A stretch of 64,000 nucleotides of DNA from a virus (IMGVR_UViG_3300027280_000002:1-64000), one strand, 5' to 3'; positions 28,018 through 38,586 are shown, numbered from the stretch's first letter. The notes: generated by a model from the letters alone, not told the origin. Numbers and translations are program-made.

Positions 28018-28892
28018 ATTATTGATTTTATCCAATTAATTAAACTTACTTGTGGTGTCCAACCCAAGTCTTTCTTTATTTTACTTATGTTGCTTAAAGA
28101 TCTCTTAGCTTCTTTTCTAGCAGGTATAAATTTTATATTATTACTAAATGCTTTAGCAATATCTATGATCTTTACCTCCTGACCAGAACCAACGTTCCAA
28201 GTTCCTTTAGTTCCTATTGCAGCTATGATAGCATCAACTACATCTTTAACATATACAAAGTCTCTGGTCTGTTGACCATCTCCTGTTACTGTTAGCTCAA
28301 GATTATTCTTAAATTGATTCAGAAAGATAGGTACAGCTGATAGGTATCCACCTTCATTGAGCTGTCTCTCTCCAAAAACATTAAAGAATCTTAATACTGC
28401 TACAGAAACATCATCTGGTACTGTTTTACAGAGTGCTTCCATCATATACTTAGATGTTGCATATGGATTCAATGGGTCTAAATCACTATTTTCTGATAGA
28501 GGAAAGCTTCTTGAATTACCATACACAGCAGCTGTAGAAGCTACAACTATCTCTTTACAACCACACTGTTTAATAGCCCATTCAAATAAAAGAGCTGAAC
28601 CATCAACAATTTGATCATGGTACTTCTGTTTATTATTTAAACTTTCTTCTACAGACACAGGCGCTGCTAAATGAATGAGTGTATCAAACTGCATATCAGG
28701 TAAATGTCCCCACATAGCATTACCTACCTCGTAGATTATTACTAAAGGTTGAGGCTTTAATGGAAATAAGTTCTTAACCTTTCCAGTGCTAAAGTTATCA
28801 AGGATTATTATCTCTTGCCCTAGCTTCTGTAGTTGTTCACATAAATGACTTCCAATAAAACCTGCTCCTCCTGTTATTAATACCCTACTCAT
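28014..28892 (-). CDS. NAD-dependent nucleotide-sugar epimerase/dehydratase (extended SDR)
   Basis: VLITGGAGFIGSH, HLAA, ASTAAVYG, YATSK, LRFFNVFG, TRDFVYV. Confidence 0.93.
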   Translation of the reverse strand: MSRVLITGGAGFIGSHLCEQLQKLGQEIIILDNFSTGKVKNLFPLKPQPLVIIYEVGNAMWGHLPDMQFDTLIHLAAPVSVEESLNNKQKYHDQIVDGSALLFEWAIKQCGCKEIVVASTAAVYGNSRSFPLSENSDLDPLNPYATSKYMMEALCKTVPDDVSVAVLRFFNVFGERQLNEGGYLSAVPIFLNQFKNNLELTVTGDGQQTRDFVYVKDVVDAIIAAIGTKGTWNVGSGQEVKIIDIAKAFSNNIKFIPARKEAKRSLSNISKIKKDLGWTPQVSLINWIKSII

Positions 28893-29131
28893 TAGTTTAT
28901 ACATAATGCACTTGTTTCTACATCTATCTCATCTGGGTTTATGTTCATCACTCCTGTAACATATGCATTCTCTAATCCTTCTGTATTCATAATTGATGGA
29001 CTGTAGAACACTTTCTGATAAGAGTTACCCTCTGCATCTTGAGAATAGATTACTTCTAATTCAGCTATCTCAGGATTTTTCTTTAACAACTGTGTAAGGT
29101 TGTTTACATATTCATTAACTTTCATAATCAT
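28892..29131 (-). CDS. Hypothetical protein
   Basis: VIYSQDAEGNSY motif, common in phage ORFs. Confidence 0.7.
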   Translation of the reverse strand: MIMKVNEYVNNLTQLLKKNPEIAELEVIYSQDAEGNSYQKVFYSPSIMNTEGLENAYVTGVMNINPDEIDVETSALCIN

Positions 29132-29925
29132 GCATTTAGTTCTTCAAATAATTCTAATTGTCTACGTGGGTCAAGTGGTTGATTAACATTAGAATCAACA
29201 TCTTCAGTGTATATTCCCATTTCTCTCCTGAAAAAATCATGACAAGCTATATGGTTTTTCATCCATAACCTAGGGTGGATGTCTTTCATTACAAAAGTTG
29301 TATGGTTATACATCTCCCATAAATTATTCTTTGATCCGTAATCATGAGTTGGTTTTACAAGCTCTCTTTGTAATTTTGCTGCTTGGTTTGGAAGTATAAA
29401 TCCTTCATGTGCAAACATAACTCCTAAAAGTTCTGCTTTTTTTCTATCAGATATTTCATGAGACTTCATTAATTCACGATCTGCTTGCATTGTTTTAAAT
29501 ACATCTCCTGATTGTTTGATATATTCTGTAATTGCTTGTGGTGCAAATGTCTGTATGTCTCCTACGTGTTTACTTTTAAAATGTCCATGATCTCCTGAAA
29601 CCATACCGTTTTCACAAACAAACACTTTAGTGCCAATTGCAAACTTTAAAGTTGTAGTTTTATCATAACTATTTTGCCACGCTATCTGTAACTGCATCTC
29701 ATTATCTTGTACACTTGAGATAGAATATTTACCTGTAGCCACTTGGCCTTCTCTGCCAGAAATGTATGACTGGTCTGATAATTCAAAACCTGATTGGTAT
29801 ATACTTTCTAAAGTGAGATCTATTAACTCTTGATGACTTACTGGTTTGTAAGTTCTAGTCTGTTTTGGTACTACAGCTGAAAGCATTTGATCTTTAGCTG
29901 ACGTGTATGTGCTTATTTTTTCCAT
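29128..29925 (-). CDS. DUF932-like protein
   Basis: YKPVSH, NSYDKT, VFVCENGM, KH, LWEMYNHTT. Confidence 0.7.
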   Translation of the reverse strand: MEKISTYTSAKDQMLSAVVPKQTRTYKPVSHQELIDLTLESIYQSGFELSDQSYISGREGQVATGKYSISSVQDNEMQLQIAWQNSYDKTTTLKFAIGTKVFVCENGMVSGDHGHFKSKHVGDIQTFAPQAITEYIKQSGDVFKTMQADRELMKSHEISDRKKAELLGVMFAHEGFILPNQAAKLQRELVKPTHDYGSKNNLWEMYNHTTFVMKDIHPRLWMKNHIACHDFFRREMGIYTEDVDSNVNQPLDPRRQLELFEELNA

Positions 29926-30938
29926 TATTTTATTATTTTATTATTTATTAAATATTCTTCTATTACTTTTAATCCATAACGTTTAGCCAAGTCTGCCCAG
30001 TCATTAATTCCTTCTTCTAGGTATTTTCTTGGTACATTACAGTAATCAAATCCAAACTTCTTTGTAATTACTTTAGAGTTCTCTACACCGGTCTTATCAG
30101 AATCAAAAGATAGTATCTGTCTGTCAGAGTTAGCTCTAATGTATTCTAGATTGTCTTCATTAAAACATCCTATACCTTCGTTCTGCACTGCACAACATGT
30201 AGGGAAGATCTTCTTCATTACCATATAATCTTTCTTACTTTTAGTTATGAATGCTGTATGACAATTTTTAATGTCTTCTAGGCCATCCATAGCTGTAATA
30301 GGAACATTATTAGGTACCCACTTGTATCTCTTATCAGCATTTGGTCTATATATCTTCCATCGACCGTCATATAAATAACCAAAGGTTAATTCATTAGAAT
30401 CTACTACCCAACGTTTCTTGTTGAGAAATAGCTCACTAATAGAATAAATATTATTTTCCTTAAGATCATTTTCATCTTGATAGTAATCATTCCAATAGTC
30501 TAACTCTTCAGTTGTAAAAGGTTTTGTCTTAACTTGTACAAAAGAATAAGACTTTACATTAGGTTTCTTACTTGGTTGTTTATACTTTGATACTATATTC
30601 TTATAGTTTTTTACTTTGTTATTTGATATACCAAGACCAAAATCAAAATCTATTTTTCTTAGAACTTCGTTATAACTACTACACATGTATAGCATTTTTA
30701 CAAATTCAAAACAATTACCTTTCTTACTACTGTCGCCAAAATCATAGAATGTAATTCCATTCTGTGTTTGGTTGATTATAAAAGATGGTGTCTTTTCTTC
30801 TCTAAAAGGTGAGTAGGTTTTAGTGTTTAGTTTCCAATCACCGTGTGGCATATAATATTTAAAGATGTCAAATTCAGATATTTTATCAAGTATACTTTCG
30901 CTATTTAGCTTTATAATTCTTATTCCTCCTATTGCCAT
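29925..30938 (-). CDS. DNA primase (crAss-type TOPRIM)
   Basis: SPFREEKTPSF..FYDFG N-terminal domain; ITKSKKDYMV, QNEG, FDSDKTG, NDWADL. Confidence 0.85.
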   Translation of the reverse strand: MAIGGIRIIKLNSESILDKISEFDIFKYYMPHGDWKLNTKTYSPFREEKTPSFIINQTQNGITFYDFGDSSKKGNCFEFVKMLYMCSSYNEVLRKIDFDFGLGISNNKVKNYKNIVSKYKQPSKKPNVKSYSFVQVKTKPFTTEELDYWNDYYQDENDLKENNIYSISELFLNKKRWVVDSNELTFGYLYDGRWKIYRPNADKRYKWVPNNVPITAMDGLEDIKNCHTAFITKSKKDYMVMKKIFPTCCAVQNEGIGCFNEDNLEYIRANSDRQILSFDSDKTGVENSKVITKKFGFDYCNVPRKYLEEGINDWADLAKRYGLKVIEEYLINNKIIK

Positions 30939-30950
30939 AATTTATTGGTT

Positions 30951-30991
30951 AAAAAAAGCCCCACATTTCTGTAGAGCTTTTATTATTAATT
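30951..30991 (-). terminator. Rho-independent terminator after the SSB gene
   Basis: Minus strand GCTCTAC-AGAAAT-GTGGGGC-TTTTTTT (with G-U pairs). Confidence 0.65.
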
Positions 30992-31000
30992 TACAAAATA

Positions 31001-31879
31001 CTAATAATCAGAACCGTCATCAGAAATGTAGTCATCTGATGCAACTAAATTATCATCAGGATTATAATCTTCTATCTCTTTAAGAATGTAATAGTCTTTA
31101 CAACCATATTCACCTGCAACTTTAACTACAAATCTTTCATGTGGTCTAAGATCTCTTGATTTACGACTTTTAAGAGAGTTAACCACTTTGTTGTCTGTAT
31201 AATCTACAAGTCTAAATTGTTTCATACTGTAACCAGCAAGGAATGCCTTATTATAAATACCTTGATATTCCTTTGTTTCACCATCACGTTCTTTAACAAC
31301 TACTGTAGCTAATGACACAACGGAATTACACCACTCACCATCAATTTGATCTTTAAGATCTTTAACATTACCTCGCATAAGCTTAGTCCAATCTAAAGTT
31401 AATACAGTTTCTGCTTGTCTATAGTCTAGATGACCTAACCATGTACGCATAAAATCATAAAGATCTTCTTCGCCAATAAAAGCAACTCTAACTTCACGAT
31501 CTTTAGTAAACCATTCAAATAGGTTGCTCTCTTCATCAGCCCAGGATGTCATACCTACACTATTTAGATATTGTTTTTTAGTTCCGTCTCTGTTTTCACG
31601 CTCTCTATCTTCTAGAAAGAATGATACTTTAAAGTTCTCATTGTTTTTAATTTCTTGAAGCCATACATCAACACGTAAATAAGTGTTACCGTCTCTTGTT
31701 TCACCTAGATATTGTGTTGCTTTACTGTCTTCACTTAATTCAATATTAAGTTTATCTTTATACTCTTCGTTAGTTGGATTGATAGCTATAACATTAGCTT
31801 CAAATAATCCTACTTTTTTACCGAATTTAGTCTCTTGTCCTCCTTGAGATTCTCTTCTTACTCCTCCAATTGTACTCAT
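31001..31879 (-). CDS. Putative single-stranded DNA-binding protein
   Basis: VG...VIAINPT motif, acidic tail ending in an aromatic residue (DDGSDY), located between AAA ATPase and primase. Confidence 0.6.
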   Translation of the reverse strand: MSTIGGVRRESQGGQETKFGKKVGLFEANVIAINPTNEEYKDKLNIELSEDSKATQYLGETRDGNTYLRVDVWLQEIKNNENFKVSFFLEDRERENRDGTKKQYLNSVGMTSWADEESNLFEWFTKDREVRVAFIGEEDLYDFMRTWLGHLDYRQAETVLTLDWTKLMRGNVKDLKDQIDGEWCNSVVSLATVVVKERDGETKEYQGIYNKAFLAGYSMKQFRLVDYTDNKVVNSLKSRKSRDLRPHERFVVKVAGEYGCKDYYILKEIEDYNPDDNLVASDDYISDDGSDY

Positions 31880-31908
31880 AAATTTTAATTTTAATTGTTA
31901 TTTATTTA

Positions 31909-32577
31909 TTAATTATAATACTCTACTATACTATCTCTTACCATCTGTAAGTCGTTTGGTATTCTTGTTGATTCAAACATACCATCTGGACTCTTTGCAG
32001 GTTTCTTACGAAATCTGTTTGTTAAGAATTCATATGTTGCACCACTCTTTGTTTCTTCTACATGGGTGTACAAGCATACAGTTAAAAGTCCTTCTAACAA
32101 TACTTGATTGTCAATTAACTTACCAGCTGTTTTAATCTTGTATCCTACTATTTCTCCACTATCCTCTATTGTTTCAGGGTGAGAAAAGTAAAAGATAACT
32201 AGGTCATCACGTAATGCTCTAGCTGTTCTAAACATGTCAACCATGTCTTTAGCCATTACACTAAACTTTGTAAATCCAGTCTCCATAGCTTTCTCTACCA
32301 TTCTGAAACCCATTAAGTAATTACTGTCTTCTATGACAATAGTTTTGATGTGTGGGGCTTTCTCCGAGATAGTTCTAAGCAACCTTGTAATGTCAGTTGG
32401 ATCATCTACTTCTTTGTAATTCTTGTTTTCTGCGTTGTAAAGTTTCTGAGAACCTTTGAATGGTAACTCTTTCTTTGCAACATTAATAACATAGGTTTCT
32501 TCAGGGTTAAGGTGCTTCACTGCTGTTGACTTACCTGTCCCTGTTTCGCCAACAATTCCAATTAATTTTGAACTCAT
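31909..32577 (-). CDS. AAA ATPase (AAA_24 / Sak4-like)
   Basis: GETGTGKST, IVIEDSNY, KIKTAGKLID, PAKSPDGMF. Confidence 0.85.
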   Translation of the reverse strand: MSSKLIGIVGETGTGKSTAVKHLNPEETYVINVAKKELPFKGSQKLYNAENKNYKEVDDPTDITRLLRTISEKAPHIKTIVIEDSNYLMGFRMVEKAMETGFTKFSVMAKDMVDMFRTARALRDDLVIFYFSHPETIEDSGEIVGYKIKTAGKLIDNQVLLEGLLTVCLYTHVEETKSGATYEFLTNRFRKKPAKSPDGMFESTRIPNDLQMVRDSIVEYYN

Positions 32578-32609
32578 TCTTATTTATTTATTTATTAATA
32601 TTAGGTTTA

Positions 32610-32617
32610 CAAATATA
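32610..32617 (-). promoter_or_regulatory. -7 element (TATATTTG)
   Basis: TAnnTTTG about 33 nt upstream of the AAA ATPase start. Confidence 0.55.
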
Positions 32618-32623
32618 CGATAT

Positions 32624-33709
32624 TTACACGTATTTTATCTTGTTTTTGTCAAAGAATTCAAGGGCTTTATCAAGCCACTTGCCTTCTACTTTCTCATCAG
32701 ATGATATAATATATATCTGTGCTTTTTTATCTGGAGTATCATATTCCATAGCCATACATCTATTAATCTTCTGAGCTAGATTCTCACCATTACTATCAAA
32801 GTAATTAATGATAACCTTGTTTAATGGTTTGTATGTAACTCCTGTATTACCAATCTTTACAACTGCCATGTGGGTACCTTCTCCTTCTGCAAAATTCTTA
32901 AGGGCATCTTTGTCTTTAGATTTGCTATGGTAGGAAGGAATACCGAGACTATCTGCAATTGATGTAACACCACAAAACACTAGTATTCTTTGTTCCATGT
33001 TATCATTCAATATTTGCTTAGTTTTTTCTTGCTTAGCTAAACTATTTTGAATTAGTCTCATACGTGCTAGACGCATAAACATACTATTCCCACCAGAGTA
33101 CATCATCTTGTTTATAACACCACTAAGGTATTTAAACTGTTGAAGTTCTGTTTTTTTAATTTTACCCTTACCATACTCATTACGAGTTACGTTATCTAAA
33201 GGTACCTTAATTACATTTATTTGGTAGTCAGCTATAACACCTTCTTCAATAGCTTTTTCTATAGGGTAGTGTGCAATTACTGATATACCAAGTTCATCTC
33301 TTAAGGTTCTGGTGGTCCATTTAGATAAGGTGCCTGTAAGGCCAAGTATGTTATCATTGACAGAAAATAAATCTACACAGACACCTATCTGGGCCTCTGA
33401 TAATAAATGTATCTCATCAATAACAACAATGTCAAACTCTGTACCTGCCTGCTTATTTAAGGACCTGTGAGTAGTGTAAGTTATGTTATCATTAATGTAT
33501 CCCATCTCTTCAAATTCCTCTATCCAAGATTGTTTAATCTTGTTATCAGGATATGCAATCAACATAGTACAACTGTCGTTCATCTGGTTAAGGATGTTTA
33601 TAGTCGTTCTAATCTTACCAAACCTAGGACATAAGTTTAAGATTCCAAACTTACCATGGTTAAGCCAAGTTTCTGCAAACTCTGCTTGTCTTTTGTCTCT
33701 TAGTGTCAT
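32624..33709 (-). CDS. Superfamily 2 helicase
   Basis: PRFGKIR (degenerate Walker A), VIDEIH, GLTGT, QKINR; ATG at 33709 is ATGA-coupled. Confidence 0.85.
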   Translation of the reverse strand: MTLRDKRQAEFAETWLNHGKFGILNLCPRFGKIRTTINILNQMNDSCTMLIAYPDNKIKQSWIEEFEEMGYINDNITYTTHRSLNKQAGTEFDIVVIDEIHLLSEAQIGVCVDLFSVNDNILGLTGTLSKWTTRTLRDELGISVIAHYPIEKAIEEGVIADYQINVIKVPLDNVTRNEYGKGKIKKTELQQFKYLSGVINKMMYSGGNSMFMRLARMRLIQNSLAKQEKTKQILNDNMEQRILVFCGVTSIADSLGIPSYHSKSKDKDALKNFAEGEGTHMAVVKIGNTGVTYKPLNKVIINYFDSNGENLAQKINRCMAMEYDTPDKKAQIYIISSDEKVEGKWLDKALEFFDKNKIKYV

Positions 33710-33876
33710 ATCGTTCGTATGTGTTTTTTTAATTCCTGTATGCATACATAATATCTATTATATATAGCGCTTATCTCTGCTCTTTCTTTTAAAGGAAGCT
33801 TGTGCTCGATGGCTCTATCTTTAGCCTCTTTAATTTCAGTGAGTCTCGAATGTAATAACTCTATAGGTTCTGTCAT
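33706..33876 (-). CDS. Hypothetical protein (56 aa; not in ORF track)
   Basis: MTEPIELLHSRL...; ATGA overlaps at both ends. Confidence 0.65.
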   Translation of the reverse strand: MTEPIELLHSRLTEIKEAKDRAIEHKLPLKERAEISAIYNRYYVCIQELKKHIRTI

Positions 33877-34937
33877 GTTATAAAAAATGATTTATTAATT
33901 ACTGCAGAATAATCTGCATCTGTTATCTGTTTTCGTTTAGGTAATTCTTTAAACATACCAATTTGTCCTAGAAAACCTAGACCAATTCTGATATCATCCT
34001 CACCATAACTATTCTTAATAACACGTAAGCTTCTAAAATACTTACCACCAAATTCATCCTTAAGTTTGTTTAAGTCATAACCTGACGGATCTTCTACTTT
34101 ATAACGCATAGGGTCAAAGAGCGCCATACATACATCAGAGTCATTCTGAGTAGTAGAACTGTCTGCAAAGTCTTCTAACTGTGGCTCAACGTCACCATTC
34201 TTTATTCTAGTGGGATTAGCTATAGATCGATTGAACTGACTAACAACAACAGGTGAGTAACCATAGAAGTCACGTGCATATCGTAACTCATCACTCATTT
34301 TGTCAATTGCTTGCTTTTTAGTAGGCTGTGCACTTGTTGTCTTCAACAAACCTATGTGATCTAACACAACTAATGTTATCTCGTTAGGGTCATCAGGTAT
34401 ATATCTTTTATTATATTTATCTACCTGTATTATCTCACCACGAGATAATGCATAATCTTTTAACTCTTTAGCTATACCTACTGGATTCTCTGGCCCATCA
34501 ATGATTGTAACTATAGACTCAAGTTTGTTCATATAGTCTTCATATTGTAAGAACAAATCATGTTCGTCTTTAGTCATCTTACTGGTCCAGCCTAGTAGTT
34601 TGTTAACTGGTATGATAACACCCTGATCAATAAATATCTTTCTACACGTCCATTTAGCTAACTTATAAGTCTGACTACGCTCCATTGATCTATACCATAC
34701 TTTTACCTTTATTCCAGACTTCTGTCCTTCCTTAGACAAAGCCCAGTCTACAGGGTTAAGTACAAATGCGTCATCAATGAAACTAGTCTTACCTGAACCA
34801 GTCAACCCACCAATCAAATAGTACATTGACTTTCTAATGCCAACATATCTATTTAACCTATCAAAACCCATCGGTATTCCACCACTGTTACCGGCTAAAC
34901 CTTTGTCTACTTCTTCTTTTAGTAGTTGAAATCCCAT
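33873..34937 (-). CDS. dnaB: Replicative DnaB-like (SF4) helicase
   Basis: GLTGSGKTSF, YRSME, VVLDHIGL, VSQFNR, KNSYG. Confidence 0.88.
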   Translation of the reverse strand: MGFQLLKEEVDKGLAGNSGGIPMGFDRLNRYVGIRKSMYYLIGGLTGSGKTSFIDDAFVLNPVDWALSKEGQKSGIKVKVWYRSMERSQTYKLAKWTCRKIFIDQGVIIPVNKLLGWTSKMTKDEHDLFLQYEDYMNKLESIVTIIDGPENPVGIAKELKDYALSRGEIIQVDKYNKRYIPDDPNEITLVVLDHIGLLKTTSAQPTKKQAIDKMSDELRYARDFYGYSPVVVSQFNRSIANPTRIKNGDVEPQLEDFADSSTTQNDSDVCMALFDPMRYKVEDPSGYDLNKLKDEFGGKYFRSLRVIKNSYGEDDIRIGLGFLGQIGMFKELPKRKQITDADYSAVINKSFFIT

Positions 34938-34940
34938 ATT

Positions 34941-35144
34941 TTATTTTTTGTCTATTACATCTACTTCAGTCCATGCTGCTAAATGCACCACTTCACCATC
35001 ATCTCTGGTGCAGTAACTATACATTCCATCTATAGACCTGAAGTTCAGTTCTTCTCCTTCTGTAATTTGAGGAGCTCCTGGTGGTACTTTGTCCTCAACT
35101 ATTATTTTAATTCTGCTATTTCTTGGTACGTCGTATAATTTCAT
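34941..35144 (-). CDS. Hypothetical phage protein
   Basis: MKLYDVPRNS...IDGMYSYC. Confidence 0.75.
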   Translation of the reverse strand: MKLYDVPRNSRIKIIVEDKVPPGAPQITEGEELNFRSIDGMYSYCTRDDGEVVHLAAWTEVDVIDKK

Positions 35145-35155
35145 AATTTCTAATT

Positions 35156-35770
35156 TTAAATGTCTGTTGATCCTGTTGGTTCTGATTCTTCTTCTTCCAT
35201 AATTTCCATAAACGCTTCGTAGGTACGCTGATTGAGATAAGTTAGACTGTTTTGCATGTAAGTAATTCTATTTTGTCCTGACTTAACTGACATTGTAACT
35301 TTTTGCATTACCTCAAACTTTAAAGCTTTGATTAATTGCTCAGCAGTATGTTCTCCTTCTAAAAGTATCGCATCAAATTTAACTTTACATGAATTCTTGT
35401 CTTTTCTAATTGCTCTAGTTCCTTTAAAGCTCTTACCTTTATACTTAAATGTATCTGTGCTAGGATATTCTTTCCACCACTCTTCAAAGTATGTGGACTT
35501 TGGTTTTTTCTTTACAAACTTTTTTTCCGTAGTGCTCTCATCTACAAACAATAATAGATCTTTACCCACTGTTGTAAGTTTTTCTTCATCTTTTGTTATA
35601 AGACCTTTTCTTATAAGTGATTGATAGATAGCAGCAAGACGCATGCTGTTCTCATAAAGAGGCACTACGTCATACTGGTTTTCTATTAATTTTAATAAGT
35701 ATATTATGTCTAAGTTATAACTTTTTTTGATGAGCTCTTCGAACTTCTGTGGTGATATGTGTAACTTCAT
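35156..35770 (-). CDS. Putative replication initiator / helicase loader
   Basis: N-terminal wHTH-like segment (LIRKGLI..LT..G), FEEWWKEYP, TYLNQRTYE; close to the helicase gene. Confidence 0.55.
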   Translation of the reverse strand: MKLHISPQKFEELIKKSYNLDIIYLLKLIENQYDVVPLYENSMRLAAIYQSLIRKGLITKDEEKLTTVGKDLLLFVDESTTEKKFVKKKPKSTYFEEWWKEYPSTDTFKYKGKSFKGTRAIRKDKNSCKVKFDAILLEGEHTAEQLIKALKFEVMQKVTMSVKSGQNRITYMQNSLTYLNQRTYEAFMEIMEEEESEPTGSTDI

Positions 35771-35936
35771 CCTTTAATGGTTTTATAACTTTAATAATAG
35801 CAGGCTTTCTATTTTTAGCCTCTTGACTTAGCCATTCTTGATATTCTAGTTCTATCAAGTACTGGCGTTCTGCAGCATACACTTTATCATTAGCGTACGC
35901 TGCATGTTCCCAGTCTTCGTTAATTAACCTAGACAT
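35715..35936 (-). CDS. Hypothetical protein
   Basis: Likely start MSRLINEDW at 35936. Confidence 0.6.
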   Translation of the reverse strand: MSRLINEDWEHAAYANDKVYAAERQYLIELEYQEWLSQEAKNRKPAIIKVIKPLKDEVTHITTEVRRAHQKKL

Positions 35937-36123
35937 TCTTTTTCTTGTTTTTAGATCCTTTAGGTCTTCCTGGTCCACGTTTAGCATTCTTACTACCTTT
36001 TGGTCTACCTCTTTTGGATTTCTTAACTGGTTTTTGAATTGGTTCAGCTCTAAATATTTCATAAGCTGTATACGCTAATCCTAACATTAAAATTACTACT
36101 ACTACTACTGTTACTGTTTTCAT
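35929..36123 (-). CDS. Membrane-anchored AT-hook protein
   Basis: N-terminal TM helix, then KRGRPKGSKN and GPGRPKGSKN. Confidence 0.7.
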   Translation of the reverse strand: MKTVTVVVVVILMLGLAYTAYEIFRAEPIQKPVKKSKRGRPKGSKNAKRGPGRPKGSKNKKKNV

Positions 36124-36147
36124 TTTACTTGTTTTTATTTATTAATA

Positions 36148-36411
36148 TTAATCTTTAATTCTTAATCCGTATTGGAGGTTAAACCACTCGAATGTTGTAT
36201 TTGCTTTACTTGTATTAAACTTGAACACTTTCTTTAGAGCTTTTATAGAATATTTCCTAAACTCTATAGATTGATCTTTTGTCATTGTCCAGTTAAAATA
36301 CCACTTATCATCATCAAGAGTATCCACTAATCGTTTTCCAACTATATCTAGTTGATACTCAATCAAATGTCTTGTAATGGTTGATCTATTTATTTTAGAT
36401 TTTCTTTTCAT
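36148..36411 (-). CDS. Hypothetical protein
   Basis: 87-aa ORF coupled to PolB. Confidence 0.7.
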   Translation of the reverse strand: MKRKSKINRSTITRHLIEYQLDIVGKRLVDTLDDDKWYFNWTMTKDQSIEFRKYSIKALKKVFKFNTSKANTTFEWFNLQYGLRIKD

Positions 36412-38375
36412 TAGAATAAACTTATTTGATTAGGAGCAGCATAAGATTTTTTAATTCTTTTGCCTCCTGTTGTAATCTTAGTTATTAATTTTTCAGCTTT
36501 ATTTATATAATATGTATAGTTTATATTATCTAACTTACTTGCGTTTGGTAAATAATTACAAACATGACACAACCATTCTCCAGCTTCAGCTTGTGAACGT
36601 TTAGCAGCTTTACTTGTAGACTCATCATTTCTAAGCTTGTAAATCTTTTCTCCATCATTAGATACATAGTATCTTATAAGTTTATTATATTTACTAGCCT
36701 CTCCTGTAATTATATTGATACCTTCATAATGAAAGTCTTTAGAAGCTTTCTTTCTAATGCAAAAGTCAAACAAGTTCTTATGTTTTTCTATAGTTTCCCT
36801 AACCGGAATGTTGTTTACATAATACTGTTCTAATGCAATAGGAACAATTCTAGCTGACTTGTTCTTGTGAAGTTCAAAGTCTGTAAGAAAGTCTCCTTTC
36901 TTTTTAACATAACCATTAGGCATAATAGCTATATAATCATTGACGGTTGAAAAGATTATCTTTTTGTAGTCTGTTCTTTCCAAAATATACTGTGTTGTCT
37001 CAGACCACTCTGCATTTATTTCATGCATTTTAGGTATTAGATCTTTCTTAACTCTTACAGTTACACCGTCTGTATTAGCAGAAATAATCTGAATGCCACT
37101 CATTTCATATAATTCAATAAGCATCATTAGACTAAGTTCACCAGTTATAGTAGTGAACATAGTTAACTGCCTATCATAAATCCATGATAGCATATCAGAT
37201 GACTTTCCATAAACAGAATTTACTGCAAGCTTAAGAGCTCCAATAATACCTTTAGTTTTACCATCCTTTGCTCCAGTAGCTTTCAGTTCAAGTCTTTTCT
37301 CAAACATCTGCTTGTAGCCAAATAGAAACTCTTTTCCTAAATGTGCAGGATATTTTGCATTGTTAATAATAATTGCAGGATAATAACTAGCCACATCCCA
37401 ATCAATAATTTCATATTCTTCATCTGCCTCAAAGACAGCTGGTTTATTTTCTGTATGTAACCCACCTCTCATAAAAGAATAAAGATTACCATAGAAATGA
37501 ATATGTTCTTTAAAGTCATCTTGAAGACCAAGCTTCATACCTTTAATATTAATAAGAAACTTCTTTAGCTTTGTTGTTTTAAACTTAACATACGGTGCTA
37601 TACAGTTTTTCATATCTATACTCTTTCTAAAGTATCCTTTTCTAGGAAGCTCTTTAATATCTATACCTTTCTCTTCACAGTAGTACTTCTTGATAATCTC
37701 ATCACCAATTTTACTGTCAGAATAGTTAAGACATTCTATACCAAACTCTTCTTGTATGTTTAACCTTAACTGTATTTGATCATTACTTTTATACAACGGA
37801 TGATCAGTGTCACCCACAGTAACCTTATAAAACTCATAAGTAGCATCTACATCATTAAAACAATACTGGAGCGTTAAGAACACCTCGTCCTTAGTCATGT
37901 TTGTTTTAGTATAATGTATAGGCATTTCTTCGATGTTCTCTAAGTCCATCTCAAACTCTAACCTCTTGAGACTAACACGTCTGTTCTTGTTATCGTAGTG
38001 ATGTATCTTAAATAAATCTAACTGTTTCAGACTTAACTCATGTTCTCTATACTCTGGAAAAACATCATAATTAGCATCATGTATAACATCTTGAGCTTTC
38101 TGTGCTATCATTGCACATATTTCTAGACCAGTACCTTCATGCCAGTTTTCACAGTTTCTAAGTATCCATTCTACAACTTGAGCATCAAAACGTAAGTTAT
38201 TATAACCCACCCAATATGATTCTTTGTATGTTTCAGTATATTTTACGAATGAATCTAGTTGATTTTGCCACTTGCTAACTGTAAAGCTTCTAGGTGTTTT
38301 ACCAGGCTGCATACATACAACTATGAAGCATTCTTGCATAGTTTCTATGTCATATATAATTACATCTTTAATCAT
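36411..38375 (-). CDS. polB: Family B DNA polymerase with 3'-5' exonuclease
   Basis: YDIET, GYNNLRFD and YCFNDV (Exo I-III); DVASYYP, KLAVNSVYGK and ANTDG (Pol A-C). Confidence 0.93.
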   Translation of the reverse strand: MIKDVIIYDIETMQECFIVVCMQPGKTPRSFTVSKWQNQLDSFVKYTETYKESYWVGYNNLRFDAQVVEWILRNCENWHEGTGLEICAMIAQKAQDVIHDANYDVFPEYREHELSLKQLDLFKIHHYDNKNRRVSLKRLEFEMDLENIEEMPIHYTKTNMTKDEVFLTLQYCFNDVDATYEFYKVTVGDTDHPLYKSNDQIQLRLNIQEEFGIECLNYSDSKIGDEIIKKYYCEEKGIDIKELPRKGYFRKSIDMKNCIAPYVKFKTTKLKKFLINIKGMKLGLQDDFKEHIHFYGNLYSFMRGGLHTENKPAVFEADEEYEIIDWDVASYYPAIIINNAKYPAHLGKEFLFGYKQMFEKRLELKATGAKDGKTKGIIGALKLAVNSVYGKSSDMLSWIYDRQLTMFTTITGELSLMMLIELYEMSGIQIISANTDGVTVRVKKDLIPKMHEINAEWSETTQYILERTDYKKIIFSTVNDYIAIMPNGYVKKKGDFLTDFELHKNKSARIVPIALEQYYVNNIPVRETIEKHKNLFDFCIRKKASKDFHYEGINIITGEASKYNKLIRYYVSNDGEKIYKLRNDESTSKAAKRSQAEAGEWLCHVCNYLPNASKLDNINYTYYINKAEKLITKITTGGKRIKKSYAAPNQISLF

Positions 38376-38565
38376 TTTGTTTGTTTTTATAGTCGTTATA
38401 GTCTAAATAGAACCCAATGCCTACAATTATATGCAAACCTACACTGCTTAGTAGTTCGTATAGGTCATGAAAATTATGTATAGACAGGTGAATATGACCT
38501 ACTATCCAGAATGGTATAGCTAGCTGTTGGCTTATCCATCTAATTAGAAAGATTAATAGTTTCAT
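38368..38565 (-). CDS. Small membrane protein
   Basis: Hydrophobic; PFWIVGHIHL. Confidence 0.65.
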   Translation of the reverse strand: MKLLIFLIRWISQQLAIPFWIVGHIHLSIHNFHDLYELLSSVGLHIIVGIGFYLDYNDYKNKQND

Positions 38566-38586
38566 AAAATATGTTTAAGTATGTTA

